Shown piece after piece: positions 9,097 to 17,341 of a DNA stretch of 32,000 bases (position 1 is its first letter; every line of letters begins with the position of its first letter). Location: positions 510,001 through 542,000 of the forward strand of contig NZ_CP040006.1 in NCBI RefSeq assembly GCF_005696695.1, read 5' to 3'. This stretch comes from Schaalia odontolytica (GTDB taxonomy: Bacteria > Actinomycetota > Actinomycetes > Actinomycetales > Actinomycetaceae). The position numbers were made by a program, and so were the translations under genes. The notes under the pieces were generated by a model. The model was not told the DNA's origin, made no database searches, and was given only the letters and a program-made list of their open reading frames with translations.

Positions 9097-9528
9097 ATGC
9101 TCTATGGACCTATGACGCACCCGCAGTTCCTGCGTGCGCTCGCGGCCGCCGGCCACGGCTCGAAGATTCTGCTGGCGGATGCGAACTACCCGCACACGAC
9201 GGGTGTGAACCCGCGCTGCGAACTCATTTCGCTCAACCTTGCCCCGGGTCTCCTGGATGTCAGCCAGGTCCTTGACGTCCTCAAGCGCACGATTCCGATC
9301 GAGCGCGCCGAGATCATGACCCCCGCCCCCGACGCCGATCCGGTCGAGATCCCGATCCACGACGAGTTCCGCGCTGCTCTGCCCGGCGTGGAGTTCGGCG
9401 AAATTTCCCGCTGGGACTTCTACGATGCCGCACGCGACGAGAACGTCGGCATCATCGTTGCGACGGGCGAGCAGCGCCTGTACGGCAACCTGCTCCTGAC
9501 GGTCGGCGTGCGCCAGCCCGGGGAGTAA
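9097..9528 (+). CDS. fucU: L-fucose mutarotase (RbsD/FucU family)
   Basis: 143 aa from the ATG at 9097. Aligns with E. coli FucU as I remember it: P-L-ALA--GHG--I---DA-FP ... IV-TGE-R-YGN-LL--GV. Confidence 0.85.
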   Translation: MLYGPMTHPQFLRALAAAGHGSKILLADANYPHTTGVNPRCELISLNLAPGLLDVSQVLDVLKRTIPIERAEIMTPAPDADPVEIPIHDEFRAALPGVEFGEISRWDFYDAARDENVGIIVATGEQRLYGNLLLTVGVRQPGE

Positions 9529-9637
9529 AACCTGTTTGCCGCCCCAGGGCGTGCCTTGTTGCATCGGTGACGAACGCTTTCGTTTCGTTTTCGTTTCAAC
9601 TGGATGGTGACTCCGGGGTGGAGACGACAGTTTCATA

Positions 9638-9671
9638 GCTGGTGGGTGGCTCGAGCGAGCTGCCCACCAGC
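9638..9671 (+). terminator. Candidate hairpin downstream of fucU
   Basis: 9-bp stem GCTGGTGGG / CCCACCAGC with a 16-nt loop that contains the palindrome GCTCGAGC. No U-tract. Confidence 0.3.
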
Positions 9672-9773
9672 GCGTTTATCCTTGCAATATCGTCGAATAA
9701 TGAAGAATGGACAGCGTTGCCCTGAACGTTTGTGCGCCCCGCGTGCACCTGCGTGAATCTTCTTCTCGTGATG

Positions 9774-9802
9774 TTGCATACTTTCGTTTTAGTGACTATT
9801 CT
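9774..9802 (+). promoter_or_regulatory. Sigma-70-like promoter for the DeoR-E2-E3-E1 operon
   Basis: TTGCAT (9774-9779), 17-nt spacer, TATTCT (9797-9802). Lies in an unusually AT-rich 330-bp intergenic region, about 60 nt upstream of the DeoR ATG. Confidence 0.5.
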
Positions 9803-9816
9803 TTTCTTAACGAAAG
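9781..9816. promoter_or_regulatory. Candidate operator: inverted repeat CTTTCGTT / AACGAAAG spanning the promoter spacer and -10 element
   Basis: 8-bp perfect inverted repeat (9781-9788 and 9809-9816). The same CTTTCGTT core is tandemly reiterated at 9577-9598. Confidence 0.4.
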
Positions 9817-9860
9817 GGAAAGCGACAAAGAAAGTCGCTGATTCTGTAAAGAGGTGCCCC

Positions 9861-10610
9861 ATGGGACGTGCAGAAGAACGCACGAACTACATCCTGGATC
9901 GCCTCGCCCGGGAGGGTGAGGTGAGCGTCGCGCAGCTTGCCTCCGATCTGGGAGTTTCGCCCGTCACCGTGCGCGCGTCGCTCAAGTCTCTCGACGAGCA
10001 GGGCTACCTCGTGCGCACCCACGGAGGAGCCCGTCCCACCACCTTCCGCAACATTCACCTGCGTCAGAACGATCGTGTTGAGATCAAGGAGCGCATCGCT
10101 CGTGCCGCCGCCGACATGATCCACGACGACGATCGCATCATGATCGAGGCCGGCACCACCTGCGCCCTCATCGTCAAGTACCTCACCGGCAAGCGTGGGG
10201 TTCAGGTTCTCACCAACTCCGTGCTCGTCTTTGCTAACGCCCGCTCCAACCCGAACCTGAACATCACGCTGACGGGTGGGCACTTCCGCGCCGAGTCCGA
10301 GTCCCTCGTGGGGCCGGTCGCCGAGCGCGCCATTAATGACTTCAACGCTCGCGTCGCGTTCCTCGGGACCGACGGGTTCAGCGTTGATCGGGGTCTGACC
10401 ACCCAGCTCGTAGAAGGTGGACAGGTCGGCTCCATTATGCGTACCCGCGCACAAGAGACGTGGCTGCTCGCTGACTCCTCCAAGTATGGGGAAGCCGGCT
10501 TTGTCAGCTTCATGGGGATCGACGAGGTCACCGGAATCATCACCGACGATGAGATCCCCGAAGAATCCATCAAGGAATTGGCCGAGCGCACGAAGCTGCG
10601 CATCGTCTAG
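9861..10610 (+). CDS. DeoR-family transcriptional regulator (sugar-phosphate-sensing type)
   Basis: 249 aa from the ATG at 9861 (RBS AAAGAGG). HTH_DeoR segment ILDRLAREGEVSVAQLASDLGVSPVTVRASLKSLDEQGYLVRTHGGA, followed by a DeoR C-terminal sensor domain. Confidence 0.9.
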   Translation: MGRAEERTNYILDRLAREGEVSVAQLASDLGVSPVTVRASLKSLDEQGYLVRTHGGARPTTFRNIHLRQNDRVEIKERIARAAADMIHDDDRIMIEAGTTCALIVKYLTGKRGVQVLTNSVLVFANARSNPNLNITLTGGHFRAESESLVGPVAERAINDFNARVAFLGTDGFSVDRGLTTQLVEGGQVGSIMRTRAQETWLLADSSKYGEAGFVSFMGIDEVTGIITDDEIPEESIKELAERTKLRIV

Positions 10611-10620
10611 GAGGAATTAC

Positions 10621-11964
10621 ATGGCCACCATCGTGGTGATGCCCCAGCTGGGCAACTCTGTTGAGTCATGCATCATCGTCGAGTGGATGATCGCAGAAGG
10701 CGACACCGTCTCCGTCGACCAGACGCTCGCGTCCATCGAGACCGACAAGTCGACCATGGAGGTGCCCTCGACCGCCGAGGGTACCGTCCTGAAGCTCCTG
10801 TGGGAGGAAGGCGACGAGGTCCCCGTGAAGGATCCGCTCATCATCGTCGGTGAGCCCGGAGAGGATATCTCCGGCCTCGTTCCCGGTGGCGACGCTGCCC
10901 CCGCCGAAGCCGACGCTCCCGCCGAGCAGGCCGCCGCTGCCCCCGAGGCTGCCGCTCCCGCCTTCGCGACCGAGCGCGCCACCGGCGCCGTCTCCCCGCG
11001 CGCCCGCGCCCTCGCCGCTTCGAACGGCGTCGACGCTTCCGCTATCGCCGAGGGCTCCGGCCCCCACGGCCGCGTCATCGAGCGTGACGTCGCCGCCGCG
11101 ATCGCCGCCGGCCCCGTCCTGACCTCCGCCGCGCGCGCCGCCGGTGTGAGCGCCGCCGAAGGCACCGGCATCGGTGGACGTGTGTCCGTCGCCGACGCCG
11201 GCCGCACCGCCGAGGCCGCGCCCGCCGCCGCTGTCGCCGCCCCCGCCGCGGCCGCCGACTTCCCCGGTGCCTCGACCTCCGCCCCGCTCAAGGGCGTGCG
11301 CAAGGTCGTCGCCAAGCGCATGATGGAGTCCCTGACCTCCACCGCCCAGCTGACCCTCAACACGACGGCCAACGCCGCCGGCATCCTCGCGATGCGCAAG
11401 AAGGTCAAGAACGCCGACGAGGCCCTGGGCCTGAACAAGATCACGCTCAACGACCTGGTCTGCTTCGCGGTGTCGCGCACCCTGCTCAAGTATCCCGTGT
11501 TCAACGCTCACCTGGAGGACGGCGTCCTCACCGAGTTCGAGCAGGTCCACCTCGGCTTCGCGTGCGACACCCCGCGCGGCCTCCTCGTCCCCGTCATCCG
11601 CTCCGCGCAGGCCCTGGGCCTCAAGGCGTTCTCCGACGAGGCCAAGCGCCTTGCCGGCGGCGCGATCGACGGCTCCCTGTCGCCCGACTTCCTGAGCGGC
11701 GGCACCTTCACGGTCTCCAACATCGGTTCCTTCGGTATCGAGACCTTCACCCCCGTCATCAACCTGCCCCAGACGGCCATCCTGGGCGTTGGCGCGATCA
11801 CCCCGCGCCCGACCGTGGCCGGAGACGGCTCGATCGGCGTCGAGCAGCGCCTCAACCTGTCGCTGACGATCGACCACCAGGTCATCGACGGCGCGGACGG
11901 CGCTCGCTTCCTGCGCGACCTGGTTGCCGCCATCGAAAACATCGACGTGACCGTTCTGGCCTGA
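10621..11964 (+). CDS. Dihydrolipoamide acyltransferase (E2) of a 2-oxoacid/acetoin dehydrogenase-type complex
   Basis: 447 aa. Strong RBS TAGGAGGAATTAC. One lipoyl domain (IETDKS), Ala/Pro linkers, an E3-binding domain (SPRARALAASNGVDASAIAEGSGPHGRVIERDV) and a catalytic domain with DHQVIDG. Confidence 0.9.
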   Translation: MATIVVMPQLGNSVESCIIVEWMIAEGDTVSVDQTLASIETDKSTMEVPSTAEGTVLKLLWEEGDEVPVKDPLIIVGEPGEDISGLVPGGDAAPAEADAPAEQAAAAPEAAAPAFATERATGAVSPRARALAASNGVDASAIAEGSGPHGRVIERDVAAAIAAGPVLTSAARAAGVSAAEGTGIGGRVSVADAGRTAEAAPAAAVAAPAAAADFPGASTSAPLKGVRKVVAKRMMESLTSTAQLTLNTTANAAGILAMRKKVKNADEALGLNKITLNDLVCFAVSRTLLKYPVFNAHLEDGVLTEFEQVHLGFACDTPRGLLVPVIRSAQALGLKAFSDEAKRLAGGAIDGSLSPDFLSGGTFTVSNIGSFGIETFTPVINLPQTAILGVGAITPRPTVAGDGSIGVEQRLNLSLTIDHQVIDGADGARFLRDLVAAIENIDVTVLA

Positions 11965-11980
11965 GGAAAGAGGAATACTC

Positions 11981-13348
11981 ATGAGTGACACGCATTTTGA
12001 CGTCATCGTCCTCGGTGCGGGCCCCGGCGGCTACCTGGCCGCCGAGCGCCTCGGACACGCGGGCAAGAAGGTCGCCCTCGTTGAGGAGCAGTACCTGGGC
12101 GGCACCTGCCTGAACGTGGGCTGCATCCCCACCAAGACCCTGCTCAACGGCGCGAAGAACTACCTGCACGCCAAGGAAGCCAGCCAGTTCGGCGTGGACG
12201 CCCAGGGCGTTGCCGTCAACTGGACGCAGATGCAGGCCTGGAAGGATCAGGTCGTCAAGGGCCTGGTCGCCGGCGTCGCAGCCACCGAGCGCAAGGCGGG
12301 CGTGACCGTCATCAATGGACGAGGCCACCTCGACGCCCCCGGTCGCGTGACCGTCGAGGGCACGACCTACACCTCGGATCACGTCATCATCGCGACGGGC
12401 TCCGTGCCGGCCATGCCCCCGCTGCCCGGCACCCAGGACAACCCCGCGCTGGTCGACTCCACGGGCATCCTCTCGCTGCCCGAGGTCCCGGCTCGCCTCG
12501 CGATCATCGGCGGCGGCGTCATCGGCGTCGAGTTCGCCTCCCTGTACTCCACCCTCGGCTCCCAGGTGACCGTCATCGAGATGGCCCCCGAGATCCTGCC
12601 CTTCATGGACGATGACCTGGCCGCCAAGGCCCGCGCCGCCATGAAGGACGTGACCTTCGAGCTGGGCTGCCGCGTCGAGTCCCTCGACGGAGGCACCGTC
12701 CACTACTCCAAGGGCGAGGAGAAGCTGAGCGTCGAGGCCGACGTGGTCCTCATGGCCGTTGGCCGCCGTCCCGCGACGGTGGGCTGGGGCGCCGAAGAGG
12801 CCGGCCTCGAGATCAACCGCGGCATCGTCGTCGACGACACGATGCGCACCAACCTGCCCAACGTGTGGGCCATTGGTGACGTCACCGGACGTTCCCTCCT
12901 GGCGCACGCTGCATACCGCATGGCGGAGATCGCCTCGGCGAACATCCTCGACCCCTCCGCGAAGAAGCGCGGCGAGGTCATGCGCTGGCACACCGTCCCG
13001 TGGGCCGTCTTCTCGATCCCCGAGGCCGCCGGCGTTGGTCTGACCGAGTCCGCCGCCAAGCGCGAAGGCCGCGAGGTCCTCGTTGCCAAGGTGCCCGCCC
13101 TCATGTCCGGCCGCTTCATCGCGGAGAACGGCTTCAAGGCCCCCGGCGAGGCGAAGATCCTCGTCGATCCGAAGACCCACCAGGTGCTGGGCATCCACGT
13201 CCTGGGTGCGTACGCCGCCGAGATGATCTGGGGCGCTCAGGCCGTCCTTGAGATGGAACTGACCGTCGAGGACCTGCGCCAGGTCGTCTTCCCGCACCCC
13301 ACGGTCTCCGAGGTCATCCGCGAAGCCGCGTGGGCCGTCAAGCTCTAA
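11981..13348 (+). CDS. lpd: Dihydrolipoyl dehydrogenase (E3)
   Basis: 455 aa. FAD motif GAGPGGY, redox disulfide GGTCLNVGCIPTK, second dinucleotide fold IIGGGVIGVE, C-terminal HPTVSE. Confidence 0.92.
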   Translation: MSDTHFDVIVLGAGPGGYLAAERLGHAGKKVALVEEQYLGGTCLNVGCIPTKTLLNGAKNYLHAKEASQFGVDAQGVAVNWTQMQAWKDQVVKGLVAGVAATERKAGVTVINGRGHLDAPGRVTVEGTTYTSDHVIIATGSVPAMPPLPGTQDNPALVDSTGILSLPEVPARLAIIGGGVIGVEFASLYSTLGSQVTVIEMAPEILPFMDDDLAAKARAAMKDVTFELGCRVESLDGGTVHYSKGEEKLSVEADVVLMAVGRRPATVGWGAEEAGLEINRGIVVDDTMRTNLPNVWAIGDVTGRSLLAHAAYRMAEIASANILDPSAKKRGEVMRWHTVPWAVFSIPEAAGVGLTESAAKREGREVLVAKVPALMSGRFIAENGFKAPGEAKILVDPKTHQVLGIHVLGAYAAEMIWGAQAVLEMELTVEDLRQVVFPHPTVSEVIREAAWAVKL

Positions 13349-13381
13349 CGAACATCCCCTACGTCAAGGAAGAGTAGAAAA

Positions 13382-15835
13382 ATGACTCAGTCTCTTATCA
13401 TCGACCCCAATGAGGTGCGTCGCCCCGGGTACGTGAAGTTCCCCGAGGTCCCCGTCAACCAGTACACCTTCGACCGTGACACCGAGATCGCCCGCTACGG
13501 CGAAAAGGGCATGGTCCAGATGCTCCACGACATGATCGTCGTGCGCACCTTCGAGTCGATGCTGGACTCCATCAAGAAGACCGGCGCCTGGGAAGGCGTC
13601 GAGTACAACCACCCCGGCCCCGCCCACCTGGGCATCGGCCAGGAGAGCGCCTACGTCGGCCAGAGCTTCGTGCTGTCGCCCGATGACTTCATCTTCGGCT
13701 CGCACCGCTCTCACGGCGAGATCCTCGCCAAGTGCTACTCGGCCATGCACCAGATGGACGAGAGCCAGCTCGAGGGCATCATGAAGGGCTTCCTCGGCGG
13801 CGAGACCCTGTCCTACGCCGAGAAGATCGACTACAAGGACACGAAGGACCTCACCGAGAACTTCATCCTCTTCGGCGCCCTCGCCGAAATCTTCGCCCGC
13901 AAGTCCGGCTTCAACCGCGGCCTGGGCGGCTCGATGCACACCTTCTTCCTGCCCTTCGGCTCCTACCCGAACAACGCGATTGTCGGTGGCTCCGCCCCCG
14001 TCGCCAACGGTGCGGCCCTCTTCAAGCGCATCAACCGCAAGCCCGGCATCGTCATCTCCAACGTCGGTGACGCCGCCCTGGCCTGTGGCCCCGTGTGGGA
14101 GGCCATGAACTTCGCGGCCATGGACCAGTTCCGCTCGCTGTGGCGCGAGGAGGACGGTGGCAACCCGCCGATCCTGTTCAACTTCTTCAACAACTTCTAC
14201 GGCATGGGCGGCCAGACCTTCGGCGAGACCATGGGCTACGAGATCCTCGCCCGCGTGGGCGCGGCCCTCAACCCCGAGGCCATGCACGCCGAGCGCGTCG
14301 ACGGCCTCAACCCGCTGGCCGTCGCGGATGCGACCACCCGCAAGAAGAAGATCCTCGAGGAGGGCCGCGGCCCCGTCCTCATGGACACCATCACCTACCG
14401 CTTCTCCGGCCACTCGCCGTCGGACGCCTCCTCGTACCGCACGAAGGAAGAGGTCGAGCTGTGGGAGCAGGTGGACTGCATCAAGGAGTACAGCAACCTG
14501 CTCATCTCCAACGGCCTGACCACGCAGGACGAGATCGACGGCTACACGGCCTCGCTGACCGAGAAGCTCGTCAAGGTCCTCAAGCTCTCGATCGACGACG
14601 AGACCACCCCGCGTGTTGCCGACGGCTACATCGACTCCGTCATGTTCTCCAACGAGAAGGTCGAGGCCTTCGACGACGCGACCCCCGAGATCGACCTCGA
14701 GGACAACCCGCGCGTCAAGGCGCTGGCCAAGAAGGTGCGTACCTCCGTCGACGAGAACGGCAAGCCCGTCTCCAAGATGCGCATGTACCAGTTCCGTGAC
14801 GGCCTGTTCGAGGCCATGCTGCACCGCTTCAAGACCGACCCGACGATGGCCGCTTGGGGCGAGGAAAACCGCGACTGGGGCGGCGCCTTCGCCGTCTACC
14901 GTGGCCTGACCGAGGCCCTGCCTTACCGTCGCCTGTTCAACTCGCCCATCGCCGAGGCCTCGATCGTGGGCGCCGGCGTCGGCTACGCGATGGCCGGTGG
15001 CCGCGCGGTCGTCGAACTCATGTACTGCGACTTCCTGGGCCGCTCCGGTGACGAGGTCTTCAACCAGATGGCCAAGTGGCAGTCGATGAGCGCTGGCCTG
15101 CTCAAGATGCCTCTCGTCCTGCGCGTGTCCGTGGGTGCGAAGTACGGCGCTCAGCACTCCCAGGACTGGAGCGCGCTCGTCGCTCACATCCCGGGCCTGA
15201 AGGTCTACTTCCCGACCACCCCGACCGACGCCAAGGGCATGCTCAACCTGGCACTCGCCGGAACCGACCCGGTCGTGTTCCTCGAAAGCCAGAAGCTCTA
15301 CGACAAGGGCGAGGACTTCGAGCCCGGCGGCGTGCCCGAGGGCTACTACGAGACCGAAGAGGGCGAGCCGGCGATCCGCCGCGAGGGCACCGACATCACG
15401 ATCGCTGCATACGGCGCGACCGTGTACAAGGCCCTCGAGGCCGCGGACGTCCTGGCTGAGAAGTACGGCCTGAGCGCCGAGGTCATCGACCTGCGCTTCG
15501 TCGCCCCGCTCAACTACGACAAGCTCATTGCCTCCGTGAAGAAGACCGGTCGCCTGGTCCTCACCTCGGACGCCGTCGAGCGTGGCTCCTTCCTCAACAC
15601 GGTCGCCGCCAACGTGCAGACCCTGGCCTTCGACGCGCTCGACGCGCCGATCGCCGTCGTCGCCTCGCGCAACGGCATCACGCCCGGACCCGAGATGGAG
15701 TCGTACTTCTTCCCGCAGGTCTCCTGGATCCTCGACGCGATTCACGAGCGCATCCTCCCGCTGCCCGGCCACGTGCCCACCACGAAGCACGCGACCGAGG
15801 CCGAGATCGCGCGCCTGAACCGCGCGGGACTCTGA
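13382..15835 (+). CDS. Fused thiamine-diphosphate-dependent dehydrogenase E1 component (alpha + beta in one 817-aa chain)
   Basis: The N-terminal half carries E1-alpha features (SHRSHGE; TPP motif GDAALACGP...NFFNNFYGM). The C-terminal half carries E1-beta features ([42 protein letters not shown], transketolase C-terminal-like end). RBS AAGGAAGAG. Confidence 0.9.
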   Translation: MTQSLIIDPNEVRRPGYVKFPEVPVNQYTFDRDTEIARYGEKGMVQMLHDMIVVRTFESMLDSIKKTGAWEGVEYNHPGPAHLGIGQESAYVGQSFVLSPDDFIFGSHRSHGEILAKCYSAMHQMDESQLEGIMKGFLGGETLSYAEKIDYKDTKDLTENFILFGALAEIFARKSGFNRGLGGSMHTFFLPFGSYPNNAIVGGSAPVANGAALFKRINRKPGIVISNVGDAALACGPVWEAMNFAAMDQFRSLWREEDGGNPPILFNFFNNFYGMGGQTFGETMGYEILARVGAALNPEAMHAERVDGLNPLAVADATTRKKKILEEGRGPVLMDTITYRFSGHSPSDASSYRTKEEVELWEQVDCIKEYSNLLISNGLTTQDEIDGYTASLTEKLVKVLKLSIDDETTPRVADGYIDSVMFSNEKVEAFDDATPEIDLEDNPRVKALAKKVRTSVDENGKPVSKMRMYQFRDGLFEAMLHRFKTDPTMAAWGEENRDWGGAFAVYRGLTEALPYRRLFNSPIAEASIVGAGVGYAMAGGRAVVELMYCDFLGRSGDEVFNQMAKWQSMSAGLLKMPLVLRVSVGAKYGAQHSQDWSALVAHIPGLKVYFPTTPTDAKGMLNLALAGTDPVVFLESQKLYDKGEDFEPGGVPEGYYETEEGEPAIRREGTDITIAAYGATVYKALEAADVLAEKYGLSAEVIDLRFVAPLNYDKLIASVKKTGRLVLTSDAVERGSFLNTVAANVQTLAFDALDAPIAVVASRNGITPGPEMESYFFPQVSWILDAIHERILPLPGHVPTTKHATEAEIARLNRAGL

Positions 15836-15841
15836 GGCGCT

Positions 15842-15875
15842 GGGGGCGGGCCGTTCCCCTTTCCGGCCCGCCCCC
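15842..15875 (+). terminator. GC hairpin 7 nt after the E1 stop (candidate terminator or attenuator)
   Basis: Perfect 12-bp stem GGGGGCGGGCCG / CGGCCCGCCCCC with a 10-nt loop. No clear U-tract. Confidence 0.45.
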
Positions 15876-15906
15876 GTCCTTGGCTCGCATTCCCTGACGC
15901 GAGCCC

Positions 15907-15950
15907 GCGAGGCCGGGGCTACACTCCTCCTCACCGTGCCCCGGCCTCGC
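15907..15950. repeat. GAGGCCGGGG / CCCCGGCCTC inverted-repeat element (long-loop form)
   Basis: 12-bp arms GCGAGGCCGGGG and CCCCGGCCTCGC separated by 20 nt. Member of the recurring motif family described in the findings. Confidence 0.6.
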
Positions 15951-15994
15951 CCACATACTTGTTTCAATACCGTTTTTCTCCACCCAACGAAGAG

Positions 15995-17314
15995 ATGGCA
16001 GAACCCATGGACATCACCAACGACCCGGCCGCAACCCCGGCCCAGCGCATCGAGGCGCTGCGCGCCGGCGTGGCCGACGAGCACTTCCCCAGCTGGGTGC
16101 CCGAGTCGAACAACCACATCCACACGTGCTTCTCGTTCAGCCCCTACACGCCCACGCACGCCGCCCTGCTGGCGCGCCGCAACGGCCTGCGCGTCGTCGG
16201 CTCGGTCGACCACGACTCGATCGGCGCCGCCGCTGAGATGAGCGAGGCGACCCGCATCCTGGGCATGGGTTCCGTCACCGGCTTCGAGATCCGCGCCCGC
16301 TTCGGCGAAGGAACGCCGCTCGCGCAGCGCAAGCTCAACAACCCCGATTCCGAGGGCGTCGCCTACATGACGGTCCAGGGCGTGCCCGCTCCGGCCCGCG
16401 AAAAGGTCGCCGAGTGGCTCGCCCCCAAGCGCGCCGCCCGCCTCGAGCGCACCCTCGCCATGGCCGAGAGCGCCAACAAGATCCTCACCGACCTGGGCCT
16501 GGAACCCTTTGACCCGCAGGCCGACATGGTCGGCATCTCCCAGTACGCCAATGGGGGCGGGATCACCGAGCGTCACCTGCTGGCCGCCATGGCCTCGGCC
16601 CTCATCCGTGGTTTCGGCGGCGGTCCCGCCCTGGTCCAGGGTCTGGACTCGATGGGCGTTGAGATTCCCGAGTCCCTCGCGCGCGTCCTGTCCGACGCCG
16701 ACAACCCGCACCTCATGTACGACCTGCTGGGCGTCCTGAAGGCCAACTACCTGGATCGCATCTACATCCAGCCCACCGACGAGCTGCCGAGCGCGGCCGA
16801 GGTCGTTGAGTTCGCCGACTCGGTCGGTGCGATCGCCACTTACGCCTACCTGGGCGACGTGTCAGCCTCGCCGACCGGCGACAAGAAGGCCGAGAAGTTC
16901 GAGGACGACTTCCTCGATGAGCTCTTCGAGCACATGGAGTCGATCGGCCTGCGCGCCGTCACCTACATGCCCCCGCGTAACACCCCCGAGCAGCTCGAGC
17001 GCATCCACGCGCTCGCGGCCGCCCACGGCATGCTCGAAATCTCGGGCGTGGACATCAACCAGCCCCGCCAGCGCTTCACCTGCGAGGAACTGCGCCGCCC
17101 CGAGTTCGCGGACCTCAACGAGGCCACGTGGGCCCTCGTTGCGCACGAGGCCCTGTCCTCCGTGGACCCCTCGCTGCACCTGCTGGGCCGCACGGGTCGC
17201 CTGACCCCCGAGGCCCTCGCCGAGCGCATCAGCCAGTACGCACCCCTGGGGCGCGCGATTGCCGACGGCGAGGACGCCGCCGCTGTTGCCGCCCGAGCCA
17301 CATCGATTAACTGA
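15995..17314 (+). CDS. PHP-domain (polymerase/histidinol-phosphatase fold) metal-dependent phosphoesterase, substrate unknown
   Basis: About 439 aa. N-terminal NNHIHTCFSFSPY...GSVDHDS is the PHP HxH...D signature. The start is uncertain (ATG 15995 or 16007; the ORF-track start at 15959 has no RBS). Confidence 0.7.
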   Translation: MAEPMDITNDPAATPAQRIEALRAGVADEHFPSWVPESNNHIHTCFSFSPYTPTHAALLARRNGLRVVGSVDHDSIGAAAEMSEATRILGMGSVTGFEIRARFGEGTPLAQRKLNNPDSEGVAYMTVQGVPAPAREKVAEWLAPKRAARLERTLAMAESANKILTDLGLEPFDPQADMVGISQYANGGGITERHLLAAMASALIRGFGGGPALVQGLDSMGVEIPESLARVLSDADNPHLMYDLLGVLKANYLDRIYIQPTDELPSAAEVVEFADSVGAIATYAYLGDVSASPTGDKKAEKFEDDFLDELFEHMESIGLRAVTYMPPRNTPEQLERIHALAAAHGMLEISGVDINQPRQRFTCEELRRPEFADLNEATWALVAHEALSSVDPSLHLLGRTGRLTPEALAERISQYAPLGRAIADGEDAAAVAARATSIN

Positions 17315-17341
17315 CGAGTATCGTCAAGAAAGAGAGACATC

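Noticed and set aside
9577-9598. Tandem TTTCG repeats considered as a CRISPR or microsatellite
   Set aside because: Only four 5-6-nt units with no spacers. Better explained as reiterated regulator half-sites in a promoter region. No CRISPR-like repeat-spacer array exists anywhere in the window.
9596-9883. 95-aa minus-strand ORF in the fucU-DeoR intergenic region
   Set aside because: It covers the AT-rich promoter/operator region, has no RBS, has atypical codon composition for this genome and shows no recognisable motif.
13364-16711. 1115-aa minus-strand ORF, plus the other very long antisense ORFs (934..2361, 3426..4601, 4701..6740, 6701..8221, 8064..8960, 10666..12006, 11882..13297, 17324..18484, 18459..19946 on the minus strand; 21187..22578 and 29961..30752 on the plus strand)
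   Set aside because: Each lies exactly opposite a gene with strong recognisable homology. Their translations are low-complexity and rich in G/D/R/V/H/A, as expected when GC3-rich codons are read in antisense. None has an RBS or a known motif. The 1115-aa ORF even spans two genes and an intergenic hairpin region. These are shadow ORFs typical of high-GC genomes.
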